Assembly: GCA_964016885.1 (NCBI GenBank)
Contig: OZ024746.1
Location: 67,890,001-67,954,000 of the forward strand
Reading direction: 5' to 3'
Length of the DNA stretch: 64,000 bases
DNA from: Eledone cirrhosa
Lineage: Eukaryota
Shown: positions 53,476 through 64,000 of the stretch, piece by piece
How positions within the stretch are numbered: the first letter of the stretch is position 1
Layout of the letters: each line of letters begins with the position of its first letter
The notes under the pieces: generated by a model
What the model was told of the DNA's origin: nothing
The model's database searches: none
Seen by the model: only the letters and a program-made list of their open reading frames with translations
Program-made: the position numbers and the translations under genes

Positions 53476-55929
53476 TTAATTTTATTAATTTATTCAACAT
53501 AAAATAAGAAGTAGCAACATATACTATTTAAAATTGTATTTTGAATATTTTATGTTGCTACTTGTGGAAGGAAATATTTTTTTATAGGATAAGCAGTGTT
53601 TCTTAGGAATAGATGACACAGCCCAGTACTTATTTTATTACTCTCTATTTGTCAAACTACTAGATTATTGGATACGAAAGGGTCACAACAAAAACTACAA
53701 CACAAGTCAGATAACAGTTTCTGCCTATCAAGTTCGCCTCACAAGTTATAGGTCAAACCAAGATGATATTACTATAGTAGAAGCCACCTGCAAAAGGGTA
53801 CCACATAGCATGGCCAAACAGAGAAGAAAATGATTACAAAGCAAATTCTTAACTACATGGTGGAATGATTATGGTATTTTATCAACAAACCATATAAAAC
53901 AAGATTGTATATAAATGATTAACATAATGTATTAGCATTTTTCTGTAGATATTTTCCTAATTAATGGTCTCCTTAAAATCAAATAAACAAAACAATTAAA
54001 ATTATGTATAAAACATATGTTCTGAAAATAAATATTGATTCTTTTAAAGATACTGAAACAGAAGCACTTGCATAATTTTAATTTCAAAGTATTTGACATC
54101 TTTATAAAGAAGTAAAGTTTTATTTATCTTTTCTTATTTATAGGTGTAGGAATAATTGCATTGTTAAGTTTGCTTTGTAACTACATGGTTGTCGTTTCAA
54201 TTCCACTGAATGTTACTTTGGTCATTTCCTAGCTTTAAATCAACCAAAGTTTTGATTAAATATTGTGTTGAAGCTTATCATACACATTGAGAAGCAAAAT
54301 CTGATGTTACAGCCAATTCCTATGTACAAATAAATTTGACTTTATTATCAGTATTGAGTTATTCATCAGTAAAGTTTGTGTAAAGGGTGACAAGAATTAG
54401 TGCATAAACAAACATACTGAGGTATTTTGATCTAACTTGGTTATGTCCTTTTATTTCCGGATGACTTTGCCTTTTGTCCACTTCTGAGGTTAATAAAAGA
54501 AGTACTAGTGTCTTTAAAAAACACTAGGTGTAGCACCAACATGGCTGCAGTCCAATGACTTAAACCAATATAAAAGAATTATATTTTGAAGTATGAATAT
54601 CTAAAGTCATTGGGACAGAGAAATTCATTGAAATATTTTCTTTTGTCTTTAATTCACTAGTTGTTATAGGTGGTGATTAAGCAGAGTTGTTAGATCATTT
54701 GGTTGAATGTCTTGCAGTATTAGTTTTCAATCACTATGTTCTGTCTTAAAATGCCACAGATGTCTGTTTTGCTTTTCATTCTTTAATCCTAATAGCACAC
54801 ATGGTTTATGGTATAAGGGTTTCTATAAAATCTACATTACAGAATCATCATCATCACCATTTTACGTCTATTCTTCCACACTAGCATCAGTTAGACAGGT
54901 TGTTCTGTTGTGGGCAATGCCAGGTCAGGTGACTATGCCTTGCTCATAAGGAACTGATTTTGGATCGATTTCTACAGCTAGATGCCCTCACTAACACCAA
55001 CCTCATTTACAGTGGGTACTGGGTGCTTTTTTACCACGGCGCCTACACCACTTTACAGTGTGGACTGGGTGACTTTTGATAAAAACAATTGTTTTCTTTA
55101 GTAAACAACAAATTTGGGATCAATAAAGTACCGGTCTGGGGCAGTGGATTGGTGATATTGTTAAAGCATTGGATGAGATGCTTTGCAGTGTCTGTTCCAG
55201 CTCTTTGTATTTTGATGGAGACACCTGCAAAGACACTAATACCAAGATCTATCAGCCCTTGCCTTCCAGCATTGTCCAACATTATCCAGCCTGTACATTG
55301 AAGAGGACATTTTCAAGTGCAGAACAATGGTCTCATGAGACATACTATTGCCCCAAAACATGTTACTCTGGGTTGAGACATAGACCCCTGTTTAAGGCTT
55401 GAGAGATATTTCAATTTTTAAATAGCTGAGACACACCTCTCCTGTCTTATAATGAGTTTGAGTCAATTATTGCCCCAAATAACAATAGAGGCAATCAGAC
55501 TACATTATCCAATATATCCTTTTTTGTTTGACAGTGGTTGTGATTTGAAGGATATTTGGCTGCTATCTGTAGCAGATCAAAAGATTGCCTAGAGGCTTCC
55601 TCATTAGCAATACATAGATTATATCACTCACTATTTGACTTCTAGCTTTAAAATCTGTTTTTAAAAATTAAGATTAATAAAATCAATCTGTTTAAGCAAT
55701 GCACTCCAAAAGTCCCTGGAAAACATTAAAATGCTAAAATAGAAGTTAAGCTCCTTGTGGTTAATCTGTTTAAACACTGATTTCAGTAAAAATGTAGAAC
55801 TGAGCATATTTTACTTTTGAAAAAAGGTAAGCATTGGCTAGTGTAGATTTGGTTACACATACAGTAACCAAAACTACACTTGCCAATTGTTTTAAAGAGC
55901 GTAGTGCAGTATGAAGAAAATATGTATGT

Positions 55930-56255
55930 GTGAATTTACCTAAATGGTTAGTGTGTTCAACTCATGATCATAAGATCCTGAGTTCGATTCCTAGACAAGG
56001 TGGTGTGTTGTGTTCTCAAGTAAGATGCTACATTTCACATTGCTCCAGTCAACTCAGTTTGCAAAAATTAGTAGCACCTGTAATTCAAGGGGCCAGTCTT
56101 GTTACACATTGTGTCATGAGAACTATGTTAACTGTATACATGCCTGTAGAATGCTCAGCCACTTACACGTTAATTTCATGAGCAGGAAGTTCTGTTAATA
56201 GAATCAACTGGAGCACTCATCATTAGAAATGACAGAGGTCCAACATACATATATA
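55930..56255 (+). mobile_element. Diverged tRNA-head SINE (B-related core)
   Basis: B box gagttcgattcc and core atttcacattgctccagt. Confidence 0.6.
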
Positions 56256-56311
56256 TAGATACATAAACACACACACACACACAAACAAACACACACACAC
56301 ATATATATATA

Positions 56312-56704
56312 CGAGGGCAATCCCAAAAGTAAGGTCTCCTTCCGATATTGCAACTTTTCCGTTAAAATTCTGTGGATGGTGCTTTGGGAAACCTCAGGAA
56401 CCAAAATGCAGAGAGTATCCAGAGTGATCCGCCGATCTTTATGCATGTTTTCCTCAGAAGGAGACCTTACTTTTGGGATTGCCCTCTATATAATAACTGC
56501 GCGAAATTCACATTTGGCGGTAGCATTCAACGGGAGCTCCATTCTCAATGGCTGTCAAGCCAAGATTGAGCACCCCAGCAAAGCGCACGCATGCTTGTTT
56601 GGGAGTGAAGGAAGCATCAATCACAACAGTGTTGCCAACAGCTGTATGAACAGTTTCTTTGCGTCCCCATCGCTTTGGAGACCTTACTTTTGGGATTACT
56701 CTTG
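56312..56704 (-). mobile_element. mariner-derived composite with three 28-bp TIRs and transposase remnants
   Basis: TIR cgagggcaatcccaaaagtaaggtctcc at 56312, inverted at 56460-56487 and 56677-56704. Peptides MELPLNATAKCEFRAVI and DRRITLDTL...STIHRILTEKLQYRK. Confidence 0.88.
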
Positions 56705-57887
56705 TATATATATTTATATCAGGATAGAACCAGTTTAAAACTATTTGGACCATTACTCAACAGAGTACTCGATACTTGGAATAGTAGAGTATGGCTAAAT
56801 TAACAGCTAGTTCCAGTCTTGTATTAGCTGTAGAAATGGCAAGAGTTCAGCTGTGAGGCCCCGACTCTATCTAAAATGTGTATGCATGTATGTATGTATG
56901 AACATATACCTGCTACTGACACCAGGACAAGAAGCATACCACAAGCCTCTGCAGTTATGTCTGGAATCTACATGAAAAAGGAATCCTTTACAACCTTTGC
57001 CAAGGCCTACAAGGGTGGGGTGGCCTCTGTAATTTGTGCTCAGAGGAAGCATTTTGCATTATATTTGAAAAGGGTTGACTAACCAACAGAACATTAGAAC
57101 TAGTTACTAAATGCAAACACTAGATCCAGAAATCATACATCTACTTCAAACTTATTCCAGAGGATAATGACTATACCACCTCAACAACCAGCATCCCGCC
57201 ATTTCTCCATTCTTTTGACCCAAGACCAGTCTTTATGACCCTATCCTACACACTCACATGACTGCCTTTTTGTCATATTGGTTTCCTTTTCTTCTTTCTT
57301 CTCCACTTTCTTTCTTCCTCTTCTCTTATCATTTCCCTTAAATTCCAGGCACTCCAGGCTAGAAGAGGTAACTAACTGAAAACAGGTGGTTGATTTACTA
57401 CGTTCACATATATATATGTGTATGTATAAGGGTGTATGTGTATATATATGTGCATGTAAAAGGGTATATGTATGTTTGTGTGTGTGTGTATATATATATA
57501 GAGAGAGAGAGATACAGTTGCTGTTCTTTTCTTTTAAATGCAATTAAAATAGATTGATGCCATAAATAATAGAGTAAGAGCTGGAATTACACAACCTTCA
57601 ACTTCATTGATTTACTAGTAATGAAGATGAGCAATTTGGTTATTAATTCGGTGGCTTTCATTGTTAGTTTTGATTTTGGTTTGCTTCATTTGCAAGCTGA
57701 AAGGGGTTTATTTAGATTGAATAAGTTAATACAATGATAATACACCTGCTGATCATAATTAAAGAATTTCATGAAAACATTGCCTGAAGGAAATATCGGA
57801 GATTTGAGAATATATTTCAATTTGGATTTCTTTTAATCTGTTTTGTATTTAGTTTGTGAGAAGAAAATGCACAAAGATTGTTGTTAC

Positions 57888-58019
57888 CTCAGCAACAGTT
57901 TCATTTTCTCGTAGAATAGCTAGTTTCCCCGGGATAGGGCTTCGCATGTTGAAAAGTACCAATGCAAAATGATGGATGCTCTTGATATTCAGTTTCTCTT
58001 GTAGAGAGTTGATAACATC
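57888..58019 (-). CDS. FRMPD4: FRMPD4-like exon B: DVINSLQEKLNIKSIHHFALVLFNMRSPIPGKLAILRENETVAE
   Basis: Polypyrimidine tract plus cag, gtaac donor, 132 nt open, phase 0/0. Resembles DVIxxLQEKLSIKxIEHF of FRMPD4. Absent from the ORF track. Confidence 0.92.
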
Positions 58020-60889
58020 CTGGAAAAAAAATGATCAAATCGTGTTTGTTAAATTAGATCTACAACAACAATGTTATTAAAGCCAATGATAAGGAAATAA
58101 AATTCATAATGAATTTAATATAGACATGCAATAGGGGAATGAAGATAGTGAATATTTTCAATATCTTCATTCATATTATCATTTTTATCATATGACTATC
58201 ACCGCTACCAACGTCATCATCAATACCACAGTTACCGTCTACTAATGCTTCATTGAGTCATATGCCTTACTTTTTCATCAACATCATACCATCATCATAA
58301 ATTAATCACTGTTTAATGCTTATTTTCCATGCTTGCGTGAGTTAGATAGGCTGTCATCTACCAAGGCTAGATTAGTCAGATGACTATGTTTTGCTTGTAC
58401 ACTCCATTTTTGGCTTGGTGTCTGTGGCTGGATGCTCTTTCTATCATCCACTAACAATGCGTTTTAATAAATTTTTCTTGCTCACTATGCTCTGTTTCAA
58501 ATCCTGTCAAGATATACCTAACCACTCATCCTCTCTGGGTTGATAAGTACTACTCCAGTGCTGGTGCAGCCCTCTCTCCTTCTAACTGCCATTTCCTGGG
58601 TAATTTTCTGGGTCAAAAGCAGGAAGGTTAAAACAAAGTCTGTGCTTGCTTATGAATACGTTTACCTAAGAGCACTACAAAAGGCATGATATGCTACCAA
58701 GTCATTCTCGATTGTAAGTGACATCCCTAGTTCTTTACTCTACATATATTGTCTCAAATTTTATGATCTTTATCAACACCCTGTCTAAAGCCCTTCAAGA
58801 CTTCAAAGGAATGGAGTAGAAATGTTGGAATCATGTTAAACTTTCTATTACTGGAGTAAAAATGCAGTTTCTTATCAGAAAGCCATGCCAACAAAATACA
58901 AGTTCTCAAGGACAATAAGTATTGAGTTTTTGTGTTATAGCTTAAATAATTATAACGAGTTGATGAGAATTGAGGACAAAATTCTGATTATCACATGTCT
59001 ATATATACTGAATTTTTCATTGAACTTGCTGCTAACTTTAACCTAGCTAATGCCACCCATATGTAAGACTTGCAGAGCACATACAAGCTATTCATCTACA
59101 CCTAGTTTCATTTGTATCCACCTGACTACAGAGCAAGTGACACTGTTAAAGACCATTCAGATTGATGACAGCAAAATAGAATGGCTTATTTGTAAATAGT
59201 AACTTCTAACGAGCTGTCTCATTTGAATTATCACATCGGTTATGCTACAGGCTGACAAAAACACAAACTGCATCTCATCCAAACTAACCTTATCCTGAAC
59301 AAACTTTGCTGAAACACTCTTATTGAAGAAAAACACCAATATATTGATCATTAATGATAAAAGATGAATACTATAATTAAACACAATGTTGATTTAAATA
59401 TTATTTTAGTTATCCTATGAAATTAGTGCAGCCAGTGCTTTGATTTTCTTCAAAAAGCCACACAACATTTTAGTCTTTGTTATTTTTGGCCTCATTTCAG
59501 TATTAATTTCCTTATATTTCTTAAAGAAATTATTCTATTCTATGTTCATTGATTAACCAAACACGTTACTTATTGACTTGCTTCGATCCTAAGATACTCA
59601 CACATACAGATGTACCAACATACACACATACAGATGTACCAACATACACACATATACATATTCAGGTGATTTACATTAAATTTGTTCTATGAGGAAAGAT
59701 CTGCTAAATTTTTTATATCAAAATCTGAATTCAAAAGATTGAGTTTATTTGTTTGTTTTTCTTTTCTTCTGTTTTGTGAAATTTTATGCTTCAATGCTTT
59801 GTTTTCATTCTGTTTCTGCTTGATTAGTTTTTGGTGAGTTTAATTAAAGTCTGTTAAATTTCTTTGAGATAAATCTTCTGATGTGTCTTCTTTTTTTTTA
59901 TTTTGCCAAGTTGAAATAAACATTATGATGAACCAGATAAGGTGACAAACTCTTGCTCAATAGATCATAAGTTCAAATATTACCATGGATATTATACTGT
60001 GTTGTGATTAAAAAAGCAAATCAGCACCACCACCACCACCAACAACAAGCACAACAACAACAACCACTACAATCATCACATCTATTTTTATGCTGACATG
60101 AGTTGGATGTGATTCTAGGGGCAGTTGTTCTTTGGTTGAGTGGCCTTCCTCATGCCAACCAATACTTTATACATACACTGCAAGACATATTGTCTATGCA
60201 GGAGATAAACAAATGTTACTGGCTGTTTTAAATTCAATGTTAAACTAACAATACAATCTTCTTCACACACAATACAATCTTCATCATCATTATCATTATC
60301 ACCATCATCATCATCATCAATTTTACATTTATTTCCTATACTAGTATGGGTTGGATGAGGCTTTTTGAGGTAAAATATTTTAAAAGTAAGATACAAATCT
60401 TCACACATCTGAGCCTTGGGATTTTGTTTACATAGGATATAAACAAATATCAGCCCCTGTGTTAGCAATGTTAGATATGAAGTGAAGAGAGGAGACAGAG
60501 ATAAACAAATACAGCATAGACACACACATATATACAAAGGGCTCCGTACCGTTTCCATTGATCAAGTTAACTCACAAGACACTGGTCAATCTAAAGCTAT
60601 AGTAGAAGACACTTTCCCAAGGTGTCACACAGTGAGATAGAACCTACAAACTTGAAGATGCAAAGCAAACAGTTTAAACACATAGCCATGTCATGTCTTT
60701 CATTTTATTTGAGTCATAATTAGAATAAGTGGCAAATTAGCAGAGTCATTAGAACATCGGATAGAATGCTTTGCAGTGTTTATTACAGTTCTCTGAACTC
60801 CAAGTTCAAATCCCACCAAGGTTAACTTTGCCTTTCATCCTTCAAGGTTGATAAAAAAAGTACCAGTCCAGTACTGTGAATACATATCT

Positions 60890-61340
60890 ATGCTAATTCA
60901 TCTCTTTACTTTTGCCTGGCCACACCTTGAATACTGTTGTCCACTGTGGTCTCCTCACATGAAACAAAGTATTATGAAAATTGAAGCACCCCAATGGTCA
61001 ATTACAAAAAAGTTAGACGACATGACAGGCTTTGACTAGTAAAACTCAAACTCTAGTCTCTTAATTCTGCCATGAATGCTACATTATCAGCATGATGTGA
61101 GAATTATTCCATCAGCATTGCCCAAATGATGTTGACATCAACTTTAGAATTCACCTAAGGCTTGGGCCCTGTGCTGTCCAGCCACTACAAAAATCAAACT
61201 CACATCTCATAACAACATTACAGCACAATTATTTCACCTCAACTGATACCACTCTCTTTAATAATATACCAAATTCCAGGTAAACCCCCTACACCCTGAT
61301 GTCTCCAAAAAACAATAACTCTCTTCTTGAGTGGATCATG
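60890..61340 (+). mobile_element. Decayed CR1/L2-like LINE 3' fragment
   Basis: PHLEYCCPLWSPH motif. Confidence 0.65.
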
Positions 61341-61432
61341 GTGTCAAAAACACTGAGGTTTGAATCACGATTTGAAAGACTTCACCAGGTGATGCTATTA
61401 AGTTACACACAACCTGGGCCAAATCCTATCAA

Positions 61433-61553
61433 AGTTATCAACTTGCCTTTCATCCTTACGGGGGTCGATAAAATAAAGTACCAGTAATTTTCATTTCATT
61501 TCAGTAATGTACTGGGTAATTGCTGGCCTTGTGCCAAATGTAGAAACAATTAT
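61433..61553 (+). mobile_element. 5'-truncated SINE-A with a small internal insertion
   Basis: Consensus 3' half interrupted by tttcatttcattt. Confidence 0.85.
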
Positions 61554-61575
61554 ATTATTATTATATACACATATA

Positions 61576-61624
<49 letters not shown>

Positions 61625-61927
61625 CATACATATGTATGTATCGCTTGATAAAAATCTCTATAAAGAAGTAATTAGGTTTTTCAATAGAATCTGAACTGTA
61701 AATTTTATTTGATAAAAAAGTCATAAAAAATTCACAATCATATGAATCTGAAAACAACAACGAAAGAACAAAAAATTATATTAGAAAAAGAACCTTTATA
61801 TTCAGAAAAGACAAGTCAAAATATTATGAACTTTATATCAAGTTAGAAATCAGTCTTTTTTTTATGATTTAGAAACAGAATAAATTTGAAAAGTGATGAA
61901 ATGTACTGTATAATGGGAGGGAAATTA

Positions 61928-62164
<237 letters not shown>

Positions 62165-62292
62165 TTAAAGCTTGAAAAAATGTATTAATTTATTCACAAA
62201 AAATATAACAATTGAACTTATCTAATTCTGTTATGAACCCTATTGACTTTTTTAAATGTTGCTGAAACAGACCATCACCATTTTCTTTGAAC

Positions 62293-62500
62293 TAATTGTT
62301 TCTACTTTAGGCACAAGACCACCAATTTGAAGGGGAGAAGAAAGTTGATTAAATCGACACCACTATATTACTGGTGCTTTATTTTATCAACCCCATAAGG
62401 ATGAAAGGCAAAGCTAACCTTGGTGGGATTTGAATTCATAATGTAAAGGGCCATAACTCTATGCTGCAAAGCACGGTGTCTGATACTCTACCAATACTGA
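62293..62500 (-). mobile_element. SINE-A long form
   Basis: Consensus match with the extra segment. Confidence 0.85.
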
Positions 62501-62504
62501 CATG

Positions 62505-62740
62505 AAATAATAGTGCTGTTTTCTCTATGCTGTATATGCTTGTAAGTACAGGGTTTTAGTTATGTATCTTTCCATGTGTTTTTTTTTATCATTCCTAGAG
62601 CACCTATTATTTTAAGAATTGTTCTGTTTATATCATTCACATTTAGGGTATTTCTATCTCTAGATCTTTATATTTGGATTTCTCTAATTCCTTGATGGAT
62701 ATAATGTCATCTGTGTGAAATTTGAAAACAGAACACAAAG
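62505..62740 (-). mobile_element. Second fragment of the R4/Dong-like LINE
   Basis: Similar to 928-1070 (aatagtgct...atcattcctaga). Confidence 0.55.
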
Positions 62741-63459
62741 TGGTGAAACTAAATACAGCCTGACACTTTAATACCTGTCATATTATAATGGGTGCTACTT
62801 TGAGTTCTTTGAACTTTATTGTGACAGTAAATCTGTCTTAATCAATGATAAATCTAATATATTGTTTTTATAAAAGCTTTGTTGTTTCTTTGTGTTAATA
62901 ATGGTGAAGAAGGTGGTGCTAGAGAGTTTTAGAAACTAATAGTTTGTATTGTTCCTATCCTGAAATGATTCTTCTCAATTTTTGTTCATATATTTTCTGA
63001 TTAATTTAAAGCTAATCTATTTCTTTAATGCAGCTACACAACAAATATCTAATTGAAAATATTTTTTGGTGAATATCCAACATAAAATGATGATTATGAT
63101 CATCATCACAATATCGACTTTTATTGAAAACACAATATCGACTTTTATTGAAAACTAAGTGTTTAACTTTGGTCTCATCATCATAGCAATAACTGTCATC
63201 AAAATGTAAGATGGAGGTAAATATGATATAATAATCACCATCACTACATTCCTTCATTTTCAGACAGATAGACATATGGCCAGACAAACAGACACACACA
63301 TATATAATTAAGGATGATATTCTGGAAGGGATTTGGAAAAACCACAGCTAAGTAAGGTACACAATACGTTATTAGAAATTAAGCATATTCATTTTATATA
63401 GACATGACTTATACAGAATTAGAACTGTTTCATTCATATAAAATCATCAGAAATACATA

Positions 63460-64000
63460 TCTATATATCTAAAACAGATAATGTCTGTCTGTCTGTCTCC
63501 CTAAAACTCGAGAACCACCCAACTGATTTTTTTCAAACTTTACACATGTAATACTTATGGTCGTGTGAGTGTTTGGAGCAAAAAATATTTCAAATTTTCA
63601 ATGCTCCAGGTACCGCATTAGGCGAAAAACCGCATATTTTAGGCTTTAAAGGCTTTTTTGAGGCATAACGGAACAATAATCCAGGCGATTTCTTCAAAAT
63701 TTGCATTACTTATGTCATTTAAAGTGCTTTGAGCAAAAAATATTTTCTCATTTTTTGCCCCAGGGACCGCATTAGGCGAAAAACTGATTTTTTAAAGCAT
63801 TTTGGTTGCGTTAGGGCCTGTAACTCGAGAAGTACCCAACCGATTTTTTAAAAACTTTGCATATGCATTACTTATGTTTCACAAATTTTCTTGACTGAAA
63901 AAGATTTCAAATTTTTGACAGGGAACCGCATTGTTTAGCATTTTGGTTGCGTTAGGGCCTGTAACCTTAAAAGTATCCAACTAAATTCCTTCATTCTCTC
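63460..64000 (+). mobile_element. Helitron-like non-autonomous element with internal tandem units of about 155 bp (runs off the window)
   Basis: A|TCtatatatctaaaa start, (TGTC)n microsatellite, and repeated accgcattaggcgaaaaa and attacttatg units. Confidence 0.55.

Overview
AT-rich, repeat-dense animal genomic DNA. The repeat landscape (tRNA-derived SINEs, RTE LINEs with (ATG)n tails, long TA/CA microsatellites) suggests an octopod cephalopod; this is an inference. One gene crosses the window on the minus strand: eight GT-AG coding exons (62101 down to 8518, 1033 nt, about 344 aa, intron phases 0,0,0,2,0,0,0, last donor phase 1) splice into a continuous FERM domain of the FRMPD1/3/4 (Preso-like) family. 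The start and the C-terminal exons were not found and are probably outside the window. The rest is intron, filled with about 30 copies of one SINE family, a second SINE family sharing its 3' tail with an RTE LINE, RTE/R4/CR1 LINE remnants, mariner/piggyBac/hAT MITEs and a Helitron-like element. Most ORF-track entries are repeat or microsatellite artefacts. I see no clear new multi-gene system. The best leads are: head-to-head retroposon 3'-end fold-backs (potential dsRNA/ADAR substrates), two copies of a degenerate minimal hammerhead-ribozyme motif, miRNA-sized intronic hairpins, and tail/target microhomology at SINE and LINE insertions. Repeat boundaries are approximate.
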